Source: Calditrichia bacterium
Lineage (GTDB): Bacteria > Calditrichota > Calditrichia > JAJRVZ01
DNA: 64,000 nucleotides
Reading direction: 5' to 3'
Assembly (NCBI GenBank): GCA_963796965.1
Contig: CAWCNS010000005.1
Span: forward strand, 352,001 to 416,000
Part shown: positions 21,272-30,282 of the stretch, piece after piece
Position numbering within the stretch: position 1 is the stretch's first letter
How the letters are laid out: each line of letters starts with the position of its first letter
Program-made: the position numbers and the translations under genes
Notes under the pieces: generated by a model
Told to the model about the DNA's origin: nothing
Databases searched by the model: none
Seen by the model: the letters and a program-made list of their open reading frames with translations, nothing else

Positions 21272-21790
21272 TTAATCGACAGCAGTAATTGAATTCTCTC
21301 TTGTAGCAGTTGTATCACTTTTTATTAAAGCCATAAATATATGAAAAATCGAATAGTAAATAATTAAAACACCTGTAAGAGGCAAAACAATGTAGACATA
21401 TCCCATGGGCAAGCCCATTGAAGGTGATATTTGATTTAAAGTAAATGTAATATTAACCAATCGCCAGCCACCAACAACCAAAATAAAAAATGAGAAGAGG
21501 ATCACAATACTATAAATGACCACATCCAACTTTTTTCTGGCATTTACATCTATCTTCCTGGCTAATATATCAATTCCTAAATGTGCTTTTGTATAGATAG
21601 CATAGCTTGCACCTAAAAGACCAATCCAAATTAGCAGAAAGCCAGCTAATTCCTCAGTAAAAGAACTGGGATCCTGAAGGATAAATCGGGTAACAACCTG
21701 CCAGGTCACGTCAATTACAATTGCAGACATTAAGAGTATTAGAAATATTTCTAATACTTTGGTGATTTTTTGGGTTATAGCGACCATCAT
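21272..21790 (-). CDS. dctQ: TRAP transporter small permease
   Basis: QVVTRF..SSFTEEL motif, 4 TM segments, lies between dctP and dctM. Confidence 0.93.
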   Translation of the reverse strand: MMVAITQKITKVLEIFLILLMSAIVIDVTWQVVTRFILQDPSSFTEELAGFLLIWIGLLGASYAIYTKAHLGIDILARKIDVNARKKLDVVIYSIVILFSFFILVVGGWRLVNITFTLNQISPSMGLPMGYVYIVLPLTGVLIIYYSIFHIFMALIKSDTTATRENSITAVD

Positions 21791-21813
21791 AGACTCCTGC
21801 CGGGTTCTCGGAT

Positions 21814-22803
21814 TTAGCGAATATTCTGAATTTCTTGCATTAATTCATACAGTTTCGTTCCCCTATATGATTCATGCATCTCTTTTACGGCCTCTGCAAA
21901 TGGCGTTTTATCTGGATAGACGACTTCGACCCCTGCTTTTTGAACTTCTCGCAGGGCATGTTCTGAGGCTTCTTTCCAGAATATAATCTGTTGCTCAACC
22001 GATTCGTCTACCGCATCCTGTAACCACTTTTGCTCCTGGTCAGAAAGCCCTTGCCAAACAACGGTGCTCATTAACAAAATATCGGGAACACCTGTATGTT
22101 CATCTAAACTGTAAAATTTACATACTTCATAATGACGTGAGAGATAAAAACTGGGGGCATTATTTTCCGCACCATCAACCACGCCCTGCTGCAAAGCGGT
22201 ATATAATTCACCCCAGGGAATGGGTGTCGGCGAACCGCCAAGAGATTTCACCATCTTTACCGCCGTAATACTTTTCATCACACGAATTTTTAAGCCTTCT
22301 AGATCAGCCGGGGAATTCACGGGTTTTTCTTTCGTGTAAAAGCTCCGAGTGCCCGCATCATAATAGCACATTCCTCTTAAAAAATAATCCTCACCTGAAA
22401 GAAGAAGACGCTTACCTATTTCACCTTTAAATATTTTCCAGCGGTGCTCATCACTGCGAAAGATATATGGAATTCCAAAAATTTTCATTTCAGGTACAAA
22501 GGCCTCCAGAGGTGCGGTAGAAACTTTTGTCATGGCCAGGCTGCCGATCTGAAGTAATTCGATGAGATCACGCTCCTGTCCCAACTGACCACCAGGATAG
22601 ATATCCACGCGCATCTTTCCGCCAGACTTTTCAAAAACCTTTTCAGCCATAAAGGCCATCCCTTTATGAACCGGATGGTTGGTATCAAGGACATGTGCCA
22701 ATTTGATGATTTTCACTTGCTTTATTTCACCGCAAGAGAAAAAAGATGATTGGATAACGATCAGAACAATTACGATAGAGATAATTTTAAGTCTCATATA
22801 CAT
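21814..22803 (-). CDS. dctP: TRAP substrate-binding protein (uronate candidate)
   Basis: YPGGQLG, GLKIRV and ELYTALQQGVVDGAEN motifs. Confidence 0.95.
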   Translation of the reverse strand: MYMRLKIISIVIVLIVIQSSFFSCGEIKQVKIIKLAHVLDTNHPVHKGMAFMAEKVFEKSGGKMRVDIYPGGQLGQERDLIELLQIGSLAMTKVSTAPLEAFVPEMKIFGIPYIFRSDEHRWKIFKGEIGKRLLLSGEDYFLRGMCYYDAGTRSFYTKEKPVNSPADLEGLKIRVMKSITAVKMVKSLGGSPTPIPWGELYTALQQGVVDGAENNAPSFYLSRHYEVCKFYSLDEHTGVPDILLMSTVVWQGLSDQEQKWLQDAVDESVEQQIIFWKEASEHALREVQKAGVEVVYPDKTPFAEAVKEMHESYRGTKLYELMQEIQNIR

Positions 22804-23013
22804 CGCTCACCTATGTTATGGTTTTTTATTTTTATTCAATTTCTACTGGTAGTCATTAATAAAATAAATTTCAGATGGCCCTCTGAATCCTGAAATTTTA
22901 CTGAGATAAATTGGAAACAAAATTTCAGCTAAAATTCCTGAAAATTAATATTTACTGGAACCCCCTGTAATGATGTCAGGACAGTGACAATTTATCACGT
23001 TTATTTTGTATAC

Positions 23014-24030
23014 TTACTGACAAGTTTCACATATAATAATATCACCCGGAATTTTAATATGCTCTTCTTTGTGTTCTTCCGGGTTTTTTATTTCATCAAT
23101 AAGCAGTAAAATAGCTTTTTCAGCCAATAAAGCGGTCGGCTGATCCAGATGGGTCATGGAAGGCGAAAAGAATCTGTTATAGGCGCTTCCTCCAAATGAA
23201 ATAACATCAACATCATTAGGTATCGAAAGACCAATTTCTTCAGCTGCTGTATACATTCCCATTGCTACTGGAAAGGTAACGGTAAAAACAACTTCCGGCA
23301 TATCGTTACTCTTGAACAATTTCCAAAATCCCCGATATCCTGCCTCTTCCCCGAACCCCCCTTCAACAACCCACTCTTCATTGATGGGAAGGTTATGTTC
23401 TTTCATTGCCTGTTCGTATCCGGCATAACGTTCTTTACCTATATTCGTATAATTGAAACCAGCAAGATGAGCAATTTTTGTATAACCTGCATCGATTGCA
23501 TGCTTAACAGCCTTATAAGCACCACCAAAGTCATCAGTGGTTACAGTGCTGAATCCCTGCCCCTGAATTACCCTGTCAAAAAATACTAATGGGATTTTTT
23601 TGCTCTTTACCAGATTAAAAAGTTCAAGATCTCTGGTCTTCTCTGTGATAGAAACCAGGAGCCCATCAACCTGCATGGATAGAAGTGTCTTGATATGAGT
23701 TTGTTCGTAATAAGCGTCTTCCTGAGAAACAGCCATCATAATCTCATAGCCATGGTCAAACGCTATAGAATAGATGGTTTCAATAGCCGTTGCAAAAAAA
23801 TGATGCGCAATTTTTGGCACCACTAAGCCAATCGTATTAGACTTTCGGCTGGAGAGATTCCGGGCATGAAAATTTGGTGTATACCCCATTTCTTGTGCAG
23901 TCTCTTTAATCAGATCTTTCTTTTCTAAACTGATATCCGGATGGTCGCGAAGAGCTTTAGATACGGTTACTTTTGATACTTTTAATTTTGCTGCGATGTC
24001 TTTTAATGTCACCTGGGGTGCCATTTCCAA
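23014..24030 (-). CDS. LacI-family transcriptional regulator
   Basis: VTLKDIA...VSKVTVSKAL HTH motif, YTPN. Confidence 0.95.
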   Translation of the reverse strand: MEMAPQVTLKDIAAKLKVSKVTVSKALRDHPDISLEKKDLIKETAQEMGYTPNFHARNLSSRKSNTIGLVVPKIAHHFFATAIETIYSIAFDHGYEIMMAVSQEDAYYEQTHIKTLLSMQVDGLLVSITEKTRDLELFNLVKSKKIPLVFFDRVIQGQGFSTVTTDDFGGAYKAVKHAIDAGYTKIAHLAGFNYTNIGKERYAGYEQAMKEHNLPINEEWVVEGGFGEEAGYRGFWKLFKSNDMPEVVFTVTFPVAMGMYTAAEEIGLSIPNDVDVISFGGSAYNRFFSPSMTHLDQPTALLAEKAILLLIDEIKNPEEHKEEHIKIPGDIIICETCQ

Positions 24031-24040
24031 CCTTCCTCTC

Positions 24041-24096
24041 TTAACCGTTAAAGTTACCGGTTAAGAAAATTTTAAAATAATTCACTTAAATGTCAA
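24041..24096 (-). promoter_or_regulatory. Sigma70-like promoter and candidate LacI operator pair
   Basis: Minus strand TTGACA (24096-24091), N16, TAAAAT (24074-24069), followed by the near-palindromes gttaccggttaa and ttaaccgttaa (24041-24064). Confidence 0.6.
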
Positions 24097-24187
24097 GGAA
24101 TTATTTGGAATCTTGTAAATTAATTCTCTAATATTGGCTGGTTTAAAACAGAAAATGATAGCATAAAATTAGTTTGGAGAATTCTTT

Positions 24188-24484
24188 ATGGAAGTAGTCG
24201 ATATTGTCGGTCTTTTGGCTTTAATTATAACCATTATTTATACGGGATTTGGTCTTCCTGTTCAGATACATAAAAACTACAAGGCGAAAAGCACAAAAGG
24301 TCTTTCCTTAAGTATGATGATCCTTCTATTTTTAACTTTTAGCACCTGGGTAGTGTATGGTATCGTAAAAATGCCAATGGATTGGTATATTATTATTTCA
24401 AATTCCATTGGAGCGGTAAGTGGTATGATAATTATTAGCCAGTTCTGGGCATACCGTTCAGGAGCAGTTAAGAATAAATCATAA
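24188..24484 (+). CDS. PQ-loop / SemiSWEET-family small transporter
   Basis: 98 aa, three hydrophobic helices, GLPVQIHKNYKAKSTKGLS. Confidence 0.75.
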   Translation: MEVVDIVGLLALIITIIYTGFGLPVQIHKNYKAKSTKGLSLSMMILLFLTFSTWVVYGIVKMPMDWYIIISNSIGAVSGMIIISQFWAYRSGAVKNKS

Positions 24485-24534
24485 AATTTTGGTGCATAAT
24501 AGTTTCATCCCACTTTGATCCACTACAAAACTTC

Positions 24535-24806
24535 TCCACGGATTACACTAATTAATACGAATTTCACGAATTATTTTTTTACACCATAATATAACTCTCC
24601 GACTATACATTGAGATAGATACTGATAGTTCTCAAGCACTGGGACTCGATTTAAAGAACTCATAACATCGATCATCATTTTAAAACCAGACATTCACTAT
24701 TCTATAATATTAATTAAGATAATTTTAATTCGTGAAATTCGTCAAAATTTGGCCTGGCCCCGTATAACGAGGTCTCAGGACGCGTTCTACGAGCGTAATC
24801 CGTGGA
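24535..24806. repeat. Periodic inverted-arm element (CACGAAT type) with insert in right arm
   Basis: tccacggattacactaattaatacgaatttcacgaatt versus aattcgtgaaattcgtcaaaatttg[insert]gtaatccgtgga. Confidence 0.85.
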
Positions 24807-24824
24807 TAAATATTCCAAACTGAG

Positions 24825-25796
24825 TTAGTCATTTACAATATTCTCCGGTTGACCCTCAATAAATGATTTTATATTCTGCACAGCGACTTTCATAAGACGT
24901 TTCCGCGCCGCTCCGGTAGCCCAGGATAAATGTGGTGTCATGATGCAATTTTTTGCAGATAAGAGAGGATTGTCTACTGGAGGAGGTTCTACAGCTAAAA
25001 CATCGATTCCTGCCCCAGCAATTCGATCCTCATTTAAAGCCTGGGCAAGATCTGCACTATTCACCAATTGTCCCCTGCTGGTATTGATCAGGAAAGAACT
25101 GGCTTTCATCAAATTTATTTTATTTTTATCAATCAGTTTATTATTCTCAGCTGTAAGCGGGCAATGGAGACTGACAACATCACCCTCCCGAAAAATTTCC
25201 TCAATTTTCACCAAAGTTACATAGTCCGGAATCTCAGTGGGTGCCACGGGATCATATGCGAGCACACGCATCCCAAAAGCATTGGCAAGATTACCGACAG
25301 CCTGCCCAATCCGGCCAAATCCAATAAGACCAAGGGTCAATTCAGCAAGTTCAATTAGCGGACGGTCCCAGTAACACCAATCTTTAGATTCAGACCAGCG
25401 TCCTTCTCTCACCGTCTGGGCATGATATCCAACCTGGTTTGTTAATTCCAGGATAAGCGCCAGGGTCATTTGAGCGACAGATTGGGTTCCATAAGTCGGT
25501 ATATTTGAGACCGGAATTCCTCGATCGCGGGCGGCTTCCACATCAACAATATTATAACCCGTGGCTATTACGCCTATATACTGTAATTGAGGCAAATTTT
25601 GAATCGTTTCCCTTGAAAGAGGTGTTTTGTTGGTTATAACAATTTCCGCCGAAGCACATCTTCCAATTATTTCATCTATGGGTGTTCTGTCATGTATAAC
25701 GCAATCCCCCAATGAGTTAATCTCATCCCAACTTAGATCCCCGGGATTTAAGGTATATCCATCTAAAATTACGATATTCATATTTGTTCCCATCAT
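24825..25796 (-). CDS. D-2-hydroxyacid dehydrogenase (glycerate/hydroxypyruvate reductase-like)
   Basis: LDGYTLNPGDL, GFGRIG, LHCPLT, INTSRG and TPH motifs. Confidence 0.9.
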   Translation of the reverse strand: MMGTNMNIVILDGYTLNPGDLSWDEINSLGDCVIHDRTPIDEIIGRCASAEIVITNKTPLSRETIQNLPQLQYIGVIATGYNIVDVEAARDRGIPVSNIPTYGTQSVAQMTLALILELTNQVGYHAQTVREGRWSESKDWCYWDRPLIELAELTLGLIGFGRIGQAVGNLANAFGMRVLAYDPVAPTEIPDYVTLVKIEEIFREGDVVSLHCPLTAENNKLIDKNKINLMKASSFLINTSRGQLVNSADLAQALNEDRIAGAGIDVLAVEPPPVDNPLLSAKNCIMTPHLSWATGAARKRLMKVAVQNIKSFIEGQPENIVND

Positions 25797-25933
25797 TGTA
25801 TAATATAACTAAGATAAATTATTATCACTCTCGTTGGCTATTGTTATGATCTGTATAAATTGGGATTATTCTAATTAATCGTAATTGTAACTTCGTAATT
25901 CGTAATTTAAACTAAATCTATCAATTATATTCA

Positions 25934-27200
25934 TTAATCAAAAAATCTAACACCCGGATTATCACCATATTCAACAATCACTTCTCTAGCCTGATTAAGG
26001 ATTGACAATCGGCCTGCTTCCACAACTAATTCATTAAAAGCGCTATTAGCCGGGGTAGCAATAATACCCTCATCATCGATTATTTCTAACATTTGCTGAC
26101 GCTTTTCCAGGATTTGATCCCCAGTGGCAACTGATTCGACACGGTTTATAGCCTGAACGAGACCCTCAATACTTCTATATCCATAGCCAACCGGCGTTAA
26201 TCCCTCCCCACCCCGGTCAATTAACTTAAAATAATCCGGACTTGGTTCGTTATAAAAGGAATCACCGGCATCACTTCCCTTTGTTACATAAGAATGCTTT
26301 ACACCACGGTACTGATCATCATGAAAAATAAGACCACCATCAGTTTCTCCCTGGGTAAACATCCAAATCCCCTGCGAATTACCTCCCGCTCCGACATTGG
26401 GATAGCCCATCCCATTCAAAACAGCAAGGCTCGCACCATTTTCCCAATTGATCCTGGCATTGGTCCATAAATACCCCTTATTGCCATTAGGATAAGTATC
26501 TTCTACACCATATACCGAAACCCGGGTCGGCAAAAGGCCGGTAATCATATGAACCTGATCAACATAATGACAGCCGATATAGGTGAACATATCCGAATTT
26601 TCAGAAGTACACCAGTTCTGAAAGTTTGAATGTCTGTACCACCAGGGTTCTATTAAAGTGGCATAACCCAATCGAAATTCGCCAAGAGAACCATTCCGGT
26701 ATTTTTCACGGGCCATCCCAACCCGGTCATCGAAACGCTTATGATATTCCACACCAACAAATAAACCTTTCTCGCGGGCTATTTTATGAATTTTAATTGA
26801 CTCCTGGTGCTTCAACGTTAAGGGTTTGACACAAATGACATGCTGATCATTTTCCAGAGCAAAGATAACAGCCTTGTAATGTAAGTGATCAGGCAGCGCA
26901 ATAAACACGATATTTCGTGTGTCCATTTTTGAGATGACTTCTTTATAAAGTCTCCGGGAATTGTTCTGAATCCGAAACAGTCGTGTAGTCCGGAAAAGCA
27001 TTGAATTTTTGCCCGGGAAAGGCCTCAAGAAGTGTCGTGTTCTCAGCAATGGTTTTTAACGGCAGAGCATTTAACGCGCATATATTTATTGATTTCAATA
27101 CCCCAAGCCGCTGGAGATGGTATAATGACGGTAATATCTGCATTTCCGTAATCATCCCCCCACCGACGATCGTTACATCGAAAGATTTCTCAATTTTCAT
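25934..27200 (-). CDS. Gfo/Idh/MocA-family oxidoreductase, frameshifted near 26950
   Basis: IVGGGMI, ALPDHLH, CVKP and EYHKRFD motifs, split across ORFs 26943-27200 and 25934-27049. Confidence 0.8.
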
Positions 27201-27228
27201 TTCATATTTCCCTTACTCATTCACAAAA

Positions 27229-27372
27229 ATATATTCAATATCCTCCAAAGGAGTCCTTCGGACAACACGGAATATTCAATTTTCAAGTAGTAGCGGCCAG
27301 TGTCCGTCCTTTAGGACAAGGATTTAACCTGCAAAGCGTATCCAGTATCCAAATTCCCAATTCCAAATTCCT
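27229..27372. repeat. AATATTC heptamer element with inserted hairpin, plus CCAAATT array
   Basis: atattcaatatc[ctccaaaggagtccttcgga]caacacggaatattcaattttcaagt, then tatccagtatccaaattcccaattccaaattcc. Confidence 0.7.
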
Positions 27373-28630
27373 AAATTAATTCAATAATCGCAAAATATCC
27401 CGTAATAAATCCAAAGACAATAACAGCGATAATGCCCGCATTCATTTTTGTATCAGGAGTGTGCTCTTTCATTAGATATTTGCGGTTGATCAGAAGAAAT
27501 ATGGGAATTGCGACCGCCGGCAAAATCATTGCTTGAAAAGCCTGCGAAAAAATCATCATCGCCGGTGGGCGTTTATCCATAAACTGCAATCCAAAAGCGA
27601 AAAGAATACCGATCAATCCAAGAATGCGATACATCGGTGATCGGATATCCCGGGGACGACCAGTGTAATCTGAGATCAGCCATGGTGCTATTAAAACAAT
27701 CGGAAAAATAGTGGAGAGTCCAGCCCCAGCGATACCAAGAATCAAAATAAAAGCAGCAAATTTTCCACCAATGGGTTCAAACAAACTGATCATCTCAACC
27801 GTATTTGTAAGACTTAATCCCATAACATGGAGGGTACCAGCCGCCACAGCCATGATAACGGCACTTAAAAATAACATCATCGATGCTGAAACCATTGCAT
27901 CTCTCTTTTCCTGATGCAAATTTGAGATATCCCAACCTTTTTCAGCAACAACAACACTGCGCATGACAAAGACAGCAGCAGAACAGGTGGTTCCAGCCAT
28001 GGCAGCCACCAATTGAAAGGCTCCCGGTTTATCTGGAATCTGCGGAATCAGACCACTTACTAATGACCCAATACTTGGCTTAACCATAAAAAACACAACG
28101 AGGAAACAAATACCCATCAGAATGACAAAAGCAGTGAGAATTTTCTCAAATATCTGATATCTGCCATACCAAAGTAAAAGATAAAGCAGGATAACTAAAA
28201 CCAGGGTTATTGAAAAAGTGCTGACTATCAATCCATCGTCGATCAGCCGGAACCCTTCCTGAATCAGGTCAGAAACTATCCCCATTATGCCCATCAGGGC
28301 CATAACCTCACCCAGGATCAGGGCAATCAATATATAGATTGCAAGAATTTTACCGCCTGCCAAGTGATTCTTTATATTATGAAGAGCCGTATTTCCGGTT
28401 ACGAGGGTAACCTGGCCATAAGCAACCATCAGGATGTAGGTAAATATGCAGGAGAGGAGAAGAGCCCAAAAAAGAGTCATGCCATATTCGGCACCAGATT
28501 TGGCCATTGTTGTGACACTTCCGGTACCGATATTGTATCCAATTAGAAATAACCCCGGGCCAACAGCACTCAGACCAATGAGTATTTTTCTTGACAAACT
28601 TGACTTCTTTTGATCATTATTTGCAACCAT
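27371..28630 (-). CDS. NRAMP/SLC11-fold permease lacking DPGN
   Basis: GPGLFLIGYNIGTGSVTT..SGAEYG, about 11 TM segments, AMAGTT. Confidence 0.8.
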   Translation of the reverse strand: MVANNDQKKSSLSRKILIGLSAVGPGLFLIGYNIGTGSVTTMAKSGAEYGMTLFWALLLSCIFTYILMVAYGQVTLVTGNTALHNIKNHLAGGKILAIYILIALILGEVMALMGIMGIVSDLIQEGFRLIDDGLIVSTFSITLVLVILLYLLLWYGRYQIFEKILTAFVILMGICFLVVFFMVKPSIGSLVSGLIPQIPDKPGAFQLVAAMAGTTCSAAVFVMRSVVVAEKGWDISNLHQEKRDAMVSASMMLFLSAVIMAVAAGTLHVMGLSLTNTVEMISLFEPIGGKFAAFILILGIAGAGLSTIFPIVLIAPWLISDYTGRPRDIRSPMYRILGLIGILFAFGLQFMDKRPPAMMIFSQAFQAMILPAVAIPIFLLINRKYLMKEHTPDTKMNAGIIAVIVFGFITGYFAIIELI

Positions 28631-28712
28631 CTCACTCCTTTTTTTAACAAAATATGTATAGTAGGTCTCTGGGCCTGACTGTTTAGAGCCATTCAGATTT
28701 TAAAAAAAAGAT

Positions 28713-28809
28713 AACCACAAAGAACACAAAGTAGGCACTAAGATCACAAAGTTTTTATAAAGAAATATATCTTTGTGTACTTTGTGCCTACTTTGTGTTC
28801 TTTGTGGTA
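28713..28809. repeat. Near-perfect 38-bp periodic hairpin (CACAAAG type)
   Basis: accacaaagaacacaaagtaggcactaagatcacaaag, 19-nt loop, ctttgtgtactttgtgcctactttgtgttctttgtggt. Confidence 0.95.
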
Positions 28810-28831
28810 AATATTTTATCTTTTATTTTTA

Positions 28832-30088
28832 TTATTTATCACCATAAGTTCTATTATAATAGCCATTGAGGAATCTCAATGCAAAGGAGGTGCCAATATC
28901 ACGATTTACCATCCATACTTTTCCCTTTTTTCTTCTGGTGCGAATATTTATCGTCGCTCCTGCCAGATTTTCATCGGAATGATCGGCAGAAAATTTATTT
29001 TTCAATAACCAGGTAAGTGACTTATCGATATTTTCCTTAAATTCGTCTCCTGCACCATAATCAAGGAGGCGCATCCAGATGATGCCGGCGAAGGCTACAG
29101 CCGATCCGCAGATGGAACCCTGATTATTTCGACCATCCAGATAGTTCTTATAATAAATCGTTCCATTACCGGTTTGAAACCGGGCAAATGTTTGGGCTGT
29201 TTTCCTTGCCGCCTCAAGGTAAGTTTTATTTTTAGTTAACTCATATCCTTCGAGTAATGATTCAGCATACCAGAGATTAAAACGAGGATGAACCGATCCT
29301 TCAGCCTTAAAATTGGGCATAAAATCCATCCACATTCCCTCAGGTCCCTGTTTCTCGACCAGACTCTCACAGAGGTCAATAAACAGCTTTTTATATTTTT
29401 CGTCTTTCGTATACTGATACATATCGAGATAAAGAGATCCTTCATTATTCGGTCTGGCAACATCAAAAAGCTTTTGTTCTTTTTTATCCGGCCAGAAGGG
29501 GCTATTTTCTTTCATCACTTCACCAGACTCCGGATCAACGTTATCATAAAAAACGCGATGTTCAGGAACATACATGTGTTCCATCATCCAATCTCCAGCC
29601 CTTGTAGGAACGTCAGCGTATTTTTTATCACCGGTGACCTCGTATAATCGAAATAAACCTGCTGAGCCATCGCTCACCGTCGCGAAAACGATGACCTGTC
29701 CCGCATGGTCTCCATGAACGGCATTTAACATACCCTTGAGTTTCGGATGATCTTTAATTTCCAAACTGGTCCACCAGTCGCCTGCTTTTTTTGCAGCCTC
29801 GAGATATTTTTGTTCACCAGTCGTTTCATAACTTTCTACTAAAGCATAAATAACCTGACCGGTATGCCAGGGCGGTTCATAATCATACCATTTACTTTCC
29901 GTCATATTATAATCACATCGTGATTTTCCGCTCTCGTCCAGAAGCGTGAAGGCGGCATAATTGGCACCTACCTCAATGGCTTTGAGGATTTTTGATTTCA
30001 TGCTCGTGTTAGTCTTCTCAGCACAGGCCAGAAAAGAAAACACAAGTACCAAAAGGATAGTTGTCACTAATTGTATAAATATTCGCAT
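28832..30088 (-). CDS. Secreted/lipoprotein (alpha/alpha)6-toroid enzyme of unknown function (GH76/GH88/AGE-like fold)
   Basis: Lipobox-like FLAC and repeated YE.TG..KY..AA helical-hairpin motifs. Confidence 0.55.
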   Translation of the reverse strand: MRIFIQLVTTILLVLVFSFLACAEKTNTSMKSKILKAIEVGANYAAFTLLDESGKSRCDYNMTESKWYDYEPPWHTGQVIYALVESYETTGEQKYLEAAKKAGDWWTSLEIKDHPKLKGMLNAVHGDHAGQVIVFATVSDGSAGLFRLYEVTGDKKYADVPTRAGDWMMEHMYVPEHRVFYDNVDPESGEVMKENSPFWPDKKEQKLFDVARPNNEGSLYLDMYQYTKDEKYKKLFIDLCESLVEKQGPEGMWMDFMPNFKAEGSVHPRFNLWYAESLLEGYELTKNKTYLEAARKTAQTFARFQTGNGTIYYKNYLDGRNNQGSICGSAVAFAGIIWMRLLDYGAGDEFKENIDKSLTWLLKNKFSADHSDENLAGATINIRTRRKKGKVWMVNRDIGTSFALRFLNGYYNRTYGDK

Positions 30089-30120
30089 ACCTTATTCTCC
30101 TCTATCATTTTTTATGATTA

Positions 30121-30277
30121 TAATGTCAAATTTCAAAACCCAAATGCCAAATTAAGGCCAAATATCCAATTACAAATTACAAGTTACAAGTTACATATCA
30201 CGAAATACGAATTTCCCGATTACATATCCAGCATCTCGTATCTCATATCACGAATCTCATATCCCATACCCCAAATG
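30121..30277. repeat. Long mosaic 7-bp tandem array
   Basis: caaatttcaaaacccaaatgccaaat..., ttacaaattacaagttacaagttaca, atccagcatctcgtatctcatatcacgaatctcatatcccata. Confidence 0.8.
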
Positions 30278-30282
30278 TAAGT

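Noticed and set aside
28713..30277. CRISPR array or DGR suggested by the repeats
   Set aside because: No constant 23-50-bp direct repeat with unique spacers, and no cas, reverse transcriptase or template/variable repeat pair was seen.
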